A DNA stretch of 64,000 nucleotides from Acetobacteraceae bacterium (GTDB lineage: Bacteria > Pseudomonadota > Alphaproteobacteria > Acetobacterales > Acetobacteraceae): assembly GCA_003151425.1 (NCBI GenBank), contig PLXO01000061.1:3748-67747 (forward strand), written 5' to 3'. The notes below the pieces were generated by a model. The model searched no databases and was not told the DNA's origin. It saw nothing but the letters and a program-made list of their open reading frames with translations. The position numbers were made by a program, and so were the translations under genes. Positions 19,245 to 30,023 of the stretch are shown piece by piece. The number at the start of each line of letters is the position of its first letter. Position 1 is the stretch's first letter.

Positions 19245-19790
19245 ATGAGCCTCCCGTCCAACGGCATCCCCCCCGAGGTCATCCGCGAGACGATGCCGCC
19301 GTACTCCCTCAGCGCCGACCTGTTGGCGGCCACGTTCGCCGCGGTGCCCGCGCCCCTCCGCCCGACGCCACCCAGGCCTGGCGGCTGGAGCGCGCCACGC
19401 GGCTGGTGCAGGAGATCGCCGGGTTGATGCCGGCCGACGCGCCGCAGGCGCGGATCGCCGCGGAGATCGTAATCCTGCGCGAGGCGACGGACGACACGTT
19501 CGCCCGGGTGAACACGCCGGGGCTGACGGTGGAGCAGGTCTGCCGGCTGCGGCGGACCGCGGCCGCTCTGACGGCCTCGGCGACGGCGCTGGAGCGCACG
19601 CTGGCGCGGCACCAGCAGAAGCCGGTGCCGTTCTTCGGCACCGTGCTGGCGGATGGGATCGACGTCGCGGCGCTCGCCGCGGGGTGGGGTGGTTCGGGGT
19701 CGCGACGGGATGACGCGGGGGTGTTGGGTGGTGGTGGGTCGGCGGATGGGCCGGTGCCGGCGGGGATGGCCGGAACAACCCCCGGGTCAA
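19245..19790 (+). pseudogene. Hypothetical protein, frameshifted; paralog of 34555..35175
   Basis: ATG 19245 with an AGGAG Shine-Dalgarno sequence and an AT-rich upstream region. The reading frame switches within the C-rich run at about 19350-19375. The end is undefined because there is no in-frame stop. Confidence 0.45.
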
Positions 19791-19851
19791 GCGCCCCACC
19801 GGGACAAGCCCGGTGGCAGGCTCTAGAGGGGCAAGGTCTACCGGCCATGAC
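19765..19851. repeat. REP-like composite hairpin (GATGGCCGG...CCGGCCATGAC)
   Basis: Same end motifs and same internal 16-mer as 13893-13940. Confidence 0.5.
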
Positions 19852-20101
19852 GAGGGAGCCGGGGCCGGCCCCGGCCACCGAGAGAAAGGGAGCGCCGCGT
19901 CCTCGGCAGAACGCCGAGGCGACCTCCGGGGTGGTGACGCGGTTGGACCAGGGGCTGGACGCTCGATGTCGTGCGTCCGCGCACCGGCGGCGACGTGGCG
20001 GCAGGCGCGGCGCCGGAGCCGGTCGCGTGATGGTGTGCGACGGGACCCCGACCGACGCCGGGGCGAGCGACGGAGCTTGCGCTGGGCGCACTGCGCCGCG
20101 C

Positions 20102-20925
20102 GAATTCATGCCGCCGGTGCACGCCTCGAAAACCCGCAACTGGGGTATCCATTTAACCGGAGTTGGGCGTAGACTGGGGCAATGGAACGTCCCGAGCCGC
20201 CGAGACAACGCGGACATCCGCCCACATTGGCGCGACCTTCGCCGAGCCGCCCGTGGAGGCAAATCCCGCACTCCGGTTAAATGGACACCCCAGACCCGCA
20301 AAATGGAAATCACGACAAAGACCCTAAGAAGCGGGCGACGGGACGTGCGGGGGCGGTCCGCGGCGAGGCGTCGGCTGTTTTGTGCCGCCGGGCTGGTCCG
20401 GGTGTATTTGGCGCCTGCGCTGGCAGCACGGCCGGCGACGTCGCCGTGCGAATTCATGCCGCCGGTGCACGCCTCGAAAACCCGCAAAATGGAAATCACG
20501 ACAAAGACCCTAAGAAGCGGGCGACGGGACGCACGCAGGCGGTCCGCGGCGAGGCCTCGGCTGTTTTGTGCCGCCGGGCTGGTCCGGGTGCATTTGCCGC
20601 CTGCGCTGGCAGCACGGCTGGCGACGGTGCCGACCGAATTCATGCCGCCGGTACACGCCTCGAAAACCCGCAAAATGGAAATCACGACAAAGACCCTAAG
20701 AAGCGGGCGATGGGACGCGCGGAGGCGGTTCGCGGCGAGGCCTCGGCTGTTTTGTGCCGTGGAGCTGGTCCGGGTGTATCTGCCGCCGGCGCTGGCAGCT
20801 CGGCTGGCGACGTCGGCGCCCGAATTCATGCCGCCGGTGCACGCCTCGAAAACCCGCAAAATGGAAATCACGACAAAGACCCTAAGAAGCGGGCGACGGG
20901 ACGCACGGGGGCGGCTCACGGCGAG
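20102..20925. repeat. 186-bp tandem repeat array, ~4 units
   Basis: GAATTCATGCCGCCGGT anchors lie at 20102, 20450, 20636 and 20822, giving spacings of 348, 186 and 186 nt. The first ~75 nt of each unit are nearly identical; the rest is more diverged. Confidence 0.85.
20140..20293. mobile_element. 154-bp MITE with 24-bp terminal inverted repeats and an 8-bp target-site duplication
   Basis: TIRs CTGGGGTATCCATTTAACCGGAGT / ACTCCGGTTAAATGGACACCCCAG match 23/24. Flanked by ACCCGCAA at 20132-20139 and 20294-20301. Uninterrupted array units read ...ACCCGCAAAATGG... Confidence 0.75.
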
Positions 20926-21860
20926 GCCTCGGGCGGCGCTATGCGGCCGGGCGGCCGAGCGGCTGGCGGAGGGCGGAGGCGGCGGCCTGGGCGCCGTGGC
21001 GGGAGGCCCTCGCGCGCGGCGCGGGGCGGCGAGGCGCGCGGCGCGGGCTTCGGCCGCGGAGCCGACCAAGTGGGCGGCGGGGGCAAAACGCGAATCTCCG
21101 GTCACGACCCTATGGAACAGTCAGCCCCGCTGGAGTCTGCCAGGGAGCATCGTGACCCGGTGGGGCATCTTCACCCGGTGGGGTTACGACCCGGTGGTGA
21201 GAACGCCGCGCGAGCGACCGGGTTGGGCGGTGGCGGAGACCGACCCGTCGTGGTGGCGGTTCCGGTGGCGCTGGCTGTGGCGGGGCGGCGGTCAGGGCCG
21301 AATTTCGCGTCGAACGGTTGCAACCCTCTACAACGTGAGATCGCCTTGCGGGCGGCCGGCTTGCGCGCCCGCGGCTACGGCCAGGATCCGGGGGAAGCGG
21401 TGCTGCAGCCGGAACCGCGTGCAACCCTACCCCAGAGCAACCCTCATGATGAGCCTGCCACCGGTAGGCTTGCCGCCGGGCTACGATCCGGTGGTGAGCG
21501 GGAGGCGGCGCCGAGGCGTGCCCGCCTGAGCCCGATCAAGGCCGCGGCGGTGTGCAGCACGACGCTGGCCCGGGCGTGGGAGCCGAGCCTGCTGTCGGTG
21601 CTTGCCCCGCTGTTCGCGCCCGCGGTGCCGCCAAGGTCGTTTGTGCCGCAGCTGTCACTTCCGAGGGTAGCCGCCAGCCCAATGGCAGGCGGGGCGGTGC
21701 GGGAATGGCAGCTGCCGCGAAACGCCGACCCGACCTTATGAACCGTGAGCGATGTCTTCTCCGTGTGCTCCTCGGGTGGAGCTTGCTTGCGGCGGACCGA
21801 GCGCCGCGGTCCCATCCCGACAGCGCCCGGATCACCCCAAAACGCAACGCTAACGCAACG

Positions 21861-22697
21861 CTATGGCTTTGTCGCCGGCGTGCCGCTGGCTGGCGGCGCC
21901 GAGGTCGGTGCCGGCGTGCCGTTGGCGGGGGCCGAAGTTTGACCCGACGTCCCCGTGCTCGGGGCTGGGTTCTGCGCCGGCGTCCCGCTGGCGGGTGCCG
22001 GGGATGTGGGTGCCGCGGACGTGGGTGCCGAGGGCTGGGCAGCCGCACCGTCGGTGGGCGAACCAGCCGGCGCCGGCGCGTTGGGCTGGGTCGACCCCTG
22101 GCCGAACGGCTGCGTCGACGGCCCGGCATTCGGCGCCGGCCCGGCATTCGGCGCCGTGCTGGCGTTTGGCGTCGCGCTGGCCGCGTTGGCCCTGTCCTTC
22201 CGGTCCTGGACACAGCGCCACAGTGTCTCGCTCGCCGCGGTCGAGCCGCGCAGCGACAGCGTCCAGGGCGCCTCATTGCCGGCCGGGAAGCTGACGGTCA
22301 TCGTGTGGCCGTTGCGGAACTCGGTGTCGAATTCGCGGATCGAGGCCGCGTCGATGGTCCACACCACGTCGGTGCCGTGCCCGGTGGTCTGCGCCGTCCA
22401 GGGCTGGCCCTGGTCGATCAGCAGACTGGTATCCATGGCGGTGCCGTCGGGAATGTTCCAGCTCGGCTTGGCGACACTGACCGTCAGGTCGCTGCCGCCG
22501 ACGGTATAGGTGAACGCCAGCGTGCCGGGTCCGGTCGGGTTCTCCGTGGCGACACCGCAGACCGCGCCCCCCCCTTGGGCGTCCGTGTCGGTGAAGGCGT
22601 GCCAGGCCCCGGCCTGATAGTAGACCGTCCGTGCGGCGTGGCCCGGCGCGGCGCCAAGCAGCACGGCCAGCGGGACCGCCGCCGTGAGAACGCGCAT
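21861..22697 (-). CDS. Secreted protein with a Pro/Ala/Ser/Thr-rich C-terminal tail
   Basis: Signal peptide MRVLTAAVPLAVLLGAAPGHA, a globular ~170 aa domain with two Cys, then a low-complexity tail. Start at ATG 22697 within ORF 21861..22841. Confidence 0.6.
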   Translation of the reverse strand: MRVLTAAVPLAVLLGAAPGHAARTVYYQAGAWHAFTDTDAQGGGAVCGVATENPTGPGTLAFTYTVGGSDLTVSVAKPSWNIPDGTAMDTSLLIDQGQPWTAQTTGHGTDVVWTIDAASIREFDTEFRNGHTMTVSFPAGNEAPWTLSLRGSTAASETLWRCVQDRKDRANAASATPNASTAPNAGPAPNAGPSTQPFGQGSTQPNAPAPAGSPTDGAAAQPSAPTSAAPTSPAPASGTPAQNPAPSTGTSGQTSAPANGTPAPTSAPPASGTPATKP

Positions 22698-22888
22698 CAC
22701 GCGATTCGTCGTACCCGCGGCCGTCCTGACGCCGGCCGTCGTGCCCCTGGCCGTCGTGGCGCTGGGGTCTGTTCGCGTGGTGGCGCCGCTACGGCTTGGT
22801 CCCATCCCGGGGTTTGTTCGCATCGTTGTCTCCTGTGCCATGAAGGTGTCATCCGACTGTATCGGCCACCGGCCCGACCGGCGGCTAG

Positions 22889-24223
<1,335 letters not shown>

Positions 24224-24470
24224 ACGCGCGCTTGTTCTGTTGCTCGGCCGTGTCGGGCCGGCGGCCGCCGTAGCAGGCCGGTCGGCGTGCATGTCAGTTG
24301 ATGCCGACGCTCACCCTCGCGTTCGGGAACCAGGCCGACGGCGACGTGCAGGATGCCGGCGAGGCATCGTGCGCGGCTGGTGTTGGCGCGCCGATCCGAA
24401 CGTCGATGGAGGCCGGTCTCATCGGCGCGCTCCCGGCGATACCGCCCCCCTGGCCGCGACGCGCGAGACC

Positions 24471-25520
24471 CTATGTCACGGGTGGCGTCGCGGTTGGATG
24501 CTGCTTCGCCTCGCCGCGGTTGCGCTTCAGCCCCGGATGCACGGTCTTGTTGATAATATGCATATCCGCCCCGATCACGTGCGCGCTCGCGCCGACGATC
24601 AGCGGGTCGGGGCCGGTGACGATGGCGTGGTCCTTGCCCTCGTAGGCGAGGCCGGCGAGGAAATGCTGCATCGCGTTCAGCCGTGCCCGCCGCTTGTCGT
24701 CGGACTTGACGATGGTCCACGGCGCATCGGCGGTGTCGGTGTAGAAGAACATCGCCTCCTTCGCCTCGGTGTAGTCGTCCCATTTGTCGAGCGAGACGCG
24801 ATCGATCGGCGACAGCTTCCATTGCTTGAGCGGATCCGTCTCGCGCATCGCAAACCGTCGGCGCTGCTCCTCGCGGCTCACCGAGAACCAGAACTTGAAC
24901 AACCTGATGCCCGAGCGGGTCAGCATCCGCTCGAACTCCGGGCATTGGCGCATGAACTCCAGGTATTCGTTCGGCGAGCAGAACCCCATGACGCGCTCGA
25001 CGCCGGCGCGATTGTACCAGGAGCGGTCGAACAGCACGATCTCGCCCTCGGCCGGCAGGTGGGCGATGTAGCGCTGGAAATACCACTGGGTGCGCTCGCG
25101 CTCGGTCGGCTTCTGCAGCGCCACCACGCGCGCGGTGCGCGGGTTCATGTGCTCGGTGAAGCGCTTGATCGTGCCGCCCTTGCCGGCGGCGTCGCGCCCT
25201 TCGAACACCAGGATGATGCGCTCGCCCGCCGCCTCCACCCAACGCTGGGCCTTCAGCAGTTCGCGCTGCAGCTCGAGCATGTGGTCTTCGTAGGCGGCCA
25301 TCCGCAGCCGCGCGTGATAGGGATAGTCGCCGGACTCGAACAGCCGACGGATCGCCGCGGGATCGCGCCGCATCTGCGCGATCGCATGCCGTGCCATCGT
25401 CGCCACCGCGGTCGTGGCCTCGGGCTGAGTGGCCGCGGGCGGCGTGATCACGGGGGGCGTGGCTTCCTCGGTGCCAGCCGCGTCCTGGCCGTTCGGTCGT
25501 ACGACGATCTTCCTCGCCAT
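24471..25520 (-). CDS. ppk2: Polyphosphate kinase 2
   Basis: FEGRDAAGKGG Walker A, FDRSWYNR and PPK2 core. ATG 25520 preceded by GGAG. Confidence 0.85.
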   Translation of the reverse strand: MARKIVVRPNGQDAAGTEEATPPVITPPAATQPEATTAVATMARHAIAQMRRDPAAIRRLFESGDYPYHARLRMAAYEDHMLELQRELLKAQRWVEAAGERIILVFEGRDAAGKGGTIKRFTEHMNPRTARVVALQKPTERERTQWYFQRYIAHLPAEGEIVLFDRSWYNRAGVERVMGFCSPNEYLEFMRQCPEFERMLTRSGIRLFKFWFSVSREEQRRRFAMRETDPLKQWKLSPIDRVSLDKWDDYTEAKEAMFFYTDTADAPWTIVKSDDKRRARLNAMQHFLAGLAYEGKDHAIVTGPDPLIVGASAHVIGADMHIINKTVHPGLKRNRGEAKQHPTATPPVT

Positions 25521-25783
25521 TCTCTGGCTCCAACATGGCTTTGTGTCATGCACGCGCATCCGCGGCCGCCGCGGGTTGTGGGGGATCGCTTACGCCAGAT
25601 CTCATCACTAAAGCGTGAATCACGTTCTGGCCAGGAAATCAGGTCGATGATTTGGATCAACCGGGGGCGATCGTGGGCGAGACGGTCGCCCGGGCGGGAC
25701 CTGCATGAGGTGTTCACGCCGGGTGAAGAATCGTGTAGGCGTCTCAACGTGCTATACGCCGTTGTTCGGCGGAATCGGGACGG

Positions 25784-26114
25784 TATGTCGTTCGGGCGTG
25801 ACATGAAGCGGCGGATGCGGGGGGCGATCGCGCCAGTGGTCTTCCTGGCGGTTACCGGATATTTCTGCTGGAACGCCGTGCAGGGGCCGCACGGACTGAA
25901 ATCCGCCGCCTCGGAGCAGGCGGTGCTCAAGCAGGCCCAGACCGAGCTTGCCGCGGCGGAGGCCGAGCGGGACGCCTGGCAGCGTCGGGTGCATGCGCTG
26001 GAGAGTGACCATCTCGATCGCGACATGTTGGACGAGCGGGCACGGGCGTTGCTGAACCTGGCGAATCCGAGCGACATCATCGTGCAGTACGCCCCGAAGG
26101 ACCGGCTGTTTTAG
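25784..26114 (+). CDS. ftsB: Septum formation initiator family protein (FtsB-like)
   Basis: Single N-terminal TM helix plus a coiled coil. Classic position near eno. The start could instead be 25802. Confidence 0.7.
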
Positions 26115-26298
26115 AACTCCGGTTCTGACGAATTGTTTCCACGGAGGTCGTGCGGTGCGGCGTGTCTGCTTCATCTTTGCGGTGCCGTGAAACAACGAAC
26201 ACCTTCCCGGACGGGTCCGAAATTGCTTGACACGGACAGTAAAAAATGTTAACTAACACCAAGCCGCCCGAAAGATTGACCCATCGGCGCCGTACCCG

Positions 26299-26326
26299 CG
26301 TCATGCCGGCCTCCGCCGGCATGACG
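26299..26326. repeat. REP-like hairpin, 12-bp perfect stem
   Basis: CGTCATGCCGGC CTCC GCCGGCATGACG. Confidence 0.65.
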
Positions 26327-26500
26327 ATGTGGGTGCCGCCGAAGAGTCGATCATTCGGGCGGTTGGTATAACGGTCATCAGGATCGTCCCGGGGACGGCC
26401 ATGTCGCGGTCGGTCGGACGCCGATATCGCGGTCGTAGATCTTCCTTGTCGTAGATTGACAACACCACGACCCCTCTCGCGAGAATGCCCAAGCTCGCCG

Positions 26501-27193
26501 CTACAGCAGACCCGCCGCGATGTTCACCGTCAGCGCCAGGATGACCGTGTTGAACACAAACCCCAGAAAGCCGTGCAGCGACGCCAGCCGCCGCAGCTTG
26601 CGCGAGGTGATCGCCACGTCGGAGACCTGGAACGTCATCCCGAGCACCAGCGAGAAATACAGGAAGTCCATGTAGTCCGGATGTTCTTCACCCGGAAAGT
26701 TCAGCCCGCCATCCACTGCAAGGCCATCGCCAGATATCGAGTAGTATTCGTGCGCGTAACGCAACGCGAACGCCACGTGCAACATCAGCCAGGTCAGCAG
26801 CAGGGTCACCGCCACCAGGCCGACATGCAACCCCTTGCTGGCCCCCTTGAGCTGCGCGGCGGCGCCGAACTCACCGGCGATCGCCACCATGCTGATCGCC
26901 ACCGCGCTCACCGTCATTGCGAAGATGGTCCACTCGCCCTCCTCCTGCGCCGCCGCGTCGGCCGCCATGTGCCGATGGTCCTCGGTCAGGAACAGCACCA
27001 GCGCCAGCACTAGGAACACGCTGACGCCGATGTCCCAGGCCAGGAGTGAGCGCGTCGTCGCAGTCGCGCCGCTCGGCAGCAGCGGTGCCGCGGCCAGACC
27101 GCACGCAAAGCCGATGAACAGCCGCCGCCGCGACGCGACAATGCGCCACGCGGTGGCAAGCGCGCCGCCCGGCCGGCGCACGCCCGCGCTCAC
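26501..27193 (-). CDS. DUF1345 family membrane protein
   Basis: Pattern AFALRYAHEYY...DFLYFS...TFQVSDV, as remembered for DUF1345. Confidence 0.7.
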   Translation of the reverse strand: MSAGVRRPGGALATAWRIVASRRRLFIGFACGLAAAPLLPSGATATTRSLLAWDIGVSVFLVLALVLFLTEDHRHMAADAAAQEEGEWTIFAMTVSAVAISMVAIAGEFGAAAQLKGASKGLHVGLVAVTLLLTWLMLHVAFALRYAHEYYSISGDGLAVDGGLNFPGEEHPDYMDFLYFSLVLGMTFQVSDVAITSRKLRRLASLHGFLGFVFNTVILALTVNIAAGLL

Positions 27194-27206
27194 GCCGACG
27201 CCCCGC

Positions 27207-28337
27207 TCATGCCAACGCCGCCAGCAATCCGGAGAACAGCCGCCCGCGCACGGCCAGACTGTCGATCACGATGTGCTCGTCAAGCGTGTGCGCGTTGGCG
27301 CCCTGCACGCCCAGCCCGTCCAGCGTGGCGATCCCCATCGCACCAGTAAAATTGCCGTCCGAACCGCCCCCGGCGCTCTGCGGCGGAATGTCGAATCCCA
27401 GCCGGCTTGCCACGCCGCGCGCCACCTCGTGCAACGCAGTGGTTTTTGCGTTCGGCTCCCACACCGGCCGCGTCACGCCGCGCGTCACCTTGAACTGCAC
27501 CTCATTCGACGAGGCGCCCAGCGCCAGCATACGCGTGACGCCGCGGTCCAGGTCCTCCTGCCGCTTCGCCATCGACAGCGCCTGGCCGGTGCAGGTGGTG
27601 GCCACGCAGTTCACCCACTGGCCGCCGTGGATCACACCGACACTGAAGGTGCAGTCCTGCGTGGTCATGTCCTCGATCTCGATCAGCTTGCGCGCCATCT
27701 CGCGGATCGCCGAGCGGCCCTCGGCCAGCCGCGCACCGGCATGGCTCGGCCGGCCGGTGGCCTCCAGGTTGAACCGCGCGATGGCGTAGCGCCCGGTCAC
27801 CACGCCGCCGTCCGGGCGCGCCGGTTCGGGGATCAGCACGTAGCGGTGGCGTGCCGCCTCGGCCTCGATCAGGTCGCGCGTCGAGGGGCTACCGACCTCC
27901 TCGTCGCTGGTGAACAGCACGGTGATCGGCAGGGTCGTTGCCACCCCGGCGCGGGCGAGCTGGCGGATCGCCTCCAGCGCCAGGTAGTTTCCTCCTTTCA
28001 TGTCCTGGATGCCGGGGCCCCAGGCGCGGCCGCCCTCGCGGCGGAACGGCAGTTTTGCGAGCGTTCCGATCGGATGGACGGTGTCGAGGTGGCCCATCAC
28101 CAGGATGCCCGGCAGGTGCGGCGCGGCGTGCGGGAAGCTGGCGCGCACGCAGTCGCCGAACCCCATCCGCCCGGCGATCCGCTCGACCCGCGCGCCGGCG
28201 ATGACAAGGTCGCGCGCGGCGAGGTCCATCATGCGGTTGACGGCTGCCGCGTCGTAGGTCGGGCTTTCGCACTCGATCCAGGGGCGCAGGCCGTCGAGCA
28301 TGGCGTCGGCGTCGAACGGCAGCGCGCGCGGGTCCAT
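27207..28337 (-). CDS. M20 family metallopeptidase (carboxypeptidase G2-like)
   Basis: GHLDTV, DMKGG and SDEEVGS motifs. ATG 28337 preceded by AAGGAG; the longer track ORF is an upstream extension. Confidence 0.8.
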   Translation of the reverse strand: MDPRALPFDADAMLDGLRPWIECESPTYDAAAVNRMMDLAARDLVIAGARVERIAGRMGFGDCVRASFPHAAPHLPGILVMGHLDTVHPIGTLAKLPFRREGGRAWGPGIQDMKGGNYLALEAIRQLARAGVATTLPITVLFTSDEEVGSPSTRDLIEAEAARHRYVLIPEPARPDGGVVTGRYAIARFNLEATGRPSHAGARLAEGRSAIREMARKLIEIEDMTTQDCTFSVGVIHGGQWVNCVATTCTGQALSMAKRQEDLDRGVTRMLALGASSNEVQFKVTRGVTRPVWEPNAKTTALHEVARGVASRLGFDIPPQSAGGGSDGNFTGAMGIATLDGLGVQGANAHTLDEHIVIDSLAVRGRLFSGLLAALA

Positions 28338-28384
28338 CGAGATCTCCTTGGTCTTCCGAGGCGCAGCAAACCGGACTGCGTGCG

Positions 28385-29326
28385 TTACGGCAACCGCACC
28401 AGGGCCTCGCCGAGCAGATTGAAGAAGCCGTCGGCATCCAGCGTTTCCGCCAGCGTAACGTTGGCCGGCCTGCCGGTGCGCCCCCAGCGATCGATCAGCG
28501 TCCGGCCGCGCCCCGGTCCCGGGCCGAGATCGACCTCGACGGCGCAGTCGCGCGCGGTGAACAGGTCCGGCCGCAGCAACCAGGCGATCGCGCAGGGGTC
28601 GTGCAGCGCCGCGCCGCGTCCGTCGAAGCGGCGCGACAGCGGTACGGTCGCCTGGATGTCGCAGGCCGCGCGCAGGCACCGTCCGCCGTCGGCCACGCGC
28701 AGCGCGGCCAGCCGCGCCGGCGTGCACAGCGCCTGCGCGGTCAGCTCCAGCGTCACCAGCACCACCGGTCGGCCACAGGCGAGCACGATTGCCAGCGCCT
28801 CGGGGTCGTTCAGCGCATTGAACTCGGCGGCCGGCGTGGCGTTGCCCTCGGCCCAGGCGCCGCTCATCAGCACGATGCGCTCGACCTTCGCGGCAAGCGG
28901 CGGCTCGGTGGCCAGCGCCAGCGCGAGGTTGGTCGCCGGCGCGATCCCCACCAGGGTCACTGGCCGCGCCGCCGCGCGCAGGATGCGCCTGATGGCATCG
29001 GCCGCCACCTCCGCCGTCGCGGCCCCGCCCGGCGGCAACGCCACGCCGCCGAGACCGTCGACGCCGTGCACCCGCACCTCGCTGGTGAAGCTGCCCAGCA
29101 GTGGGCGGTCGGCGCCCGCGAACACCGGCACCGGCGGTCGCTCTGGCGCTCCGGCCAGCGCCACCAGCGCGAGCGCGTTCGGCAGCGTGCGATCCAGCCC
29201 GACATTGCCGCCGGCGACCGTCACCGCCAGCAGTTTTATCCGCGGCGATGCCAGTGCCAACAGCAGGGCGAAGGCGTCATCGGTGCCGGGATCGCAATCG
29301 AGGATGACCGGGATCGTGTCATGCAT
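28385..29326 (-). CDS. Nucleoside hydrolase (IUNH family)
   Basis: N-terminal DCDPGTDDA aspartate cluster. Confidence 0.85.
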   Translation of the reverse strand: MHDTIPVILDCDPGTDDAFALLLALASPRIKLLAVTVAGGNVGLDRTLPNALALVALAGAPERPPVPVFAGADRPLLGSFTSEVRVHGVDGLGGVALPPGGAATAEVAADAIRRILRAAARPVTLVGIAPATNLALALATEPPLAAKVERIVLMSGAWAEGNATPAAEFNALNDPEALAIVLACGRPVVLVTLELTAQALCTPARLAALRVADGGRCLRAACDIQATVPLSRRFDGRGAALHDPCAIAWLLRPDLFTARDCAVEVDLGPGPGRGRTLIDRWGRTGRPANVTLAETLDADGFFNLLGEALVRLP

Positions 29327-30023
29327 CGGCCGGGCGCGTGCTCCCCCTCACGACGCCGGGTCCGTCCCCGGGGCCCTGTCGGCTCGACCCATCGTTGCGC
29401 GTGGTGGTCGATCGATTGGGCAGCCCGGAGCTAGGATCACGACGCCAACTGGTCGCGGGTTCGAATTATCCGCGAGGAAGCAAGATTCTAACACGAAGAC
29501 CATGGAGGAGCTATGTTGGATGCGCGAGGCCCGGAATGGCGCAGGTAGACGTTTCGGCAGTGTCCGAAAGGCGGGGAGGTTGCTTCTTTCCGACCCTCAT
29601 CGAGAGGGAAATGGGATCGGCCAAACTGACCCACTCCGCCGAAGATCTGGCCTCGAAACGGATGCGAATGAAAACCGGCCCAACCGGCCCTGGCGTTCCA
29701 TTTGCCAGCGCCAACTGGGCACGATACTTGATCCGGTGCCCAGCCATGCGTGTCGGACTCGGTTCCGCCCAGCAATGTCCGAGGCGTCGAAGCTGGCGCA
29801 ACAGAAGCTGGCGCAACGGTTGTCTTGTTCCGGTTGGCGCAGTACTGGAACTGTGTTGCTGCCTCGCCGGCCGGCGAGATACCACCCACGTTGGATACCA
29901 TGACCACGATCGCCTCGGCAGCGGTGGTGCAGGCGCGGCCGTCGCGTCGTCTGCCCACTGGCAAACCGCAGCGATTTCGGAACGCCAATCCGACTGGGAC
30001 AACCATTCGGGAGGAGGACGCGC

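Noticed and set aside
20102-20925. The tandem array as a CRISPR locus.
   Set aside because: Whole 186-bp units repeat head to tail. There is no alternation of short conserved repeats with unique spacers, and no cas genes are in the window.
19169-21529. A 786-aa ORF running through the orphan gene, the 186-bp array, the MITE and the GC-rich tail, as a possible giant repeat protein.
   Set aside because: It stays open only because the unit (186 nt) and the insertion (162 nt) are multiples of three in GC-rich DNA. The product is extremely basic and low-complexity. Unit-to-unit differences are mostly non-synonymous, and the opposite strand is equally open (19309..21105).
29401-29480. A complete tRNA gene around the GGTTCGAAT motif.
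   Set aside because: No complementary acceptor 5' strand, D-arm or anticodon arm could be assembled, and the T-loop is 2-3 nt too long. It is kept only as a possible decayed att relic.
29327-30023. A TPP or cobalamin riboswitch upstream of the NMT1/THI5-like binding-protein gene.
   Set aside because: I could not find the CUGAGA / ACCUGAUCUGGAUAAUGCCAGCG-type TPP core or a B12 box by eye. There are only loose resemblances (CTTGATCCGGTGCCCAGCC). An Infernal scan is needed to decide.
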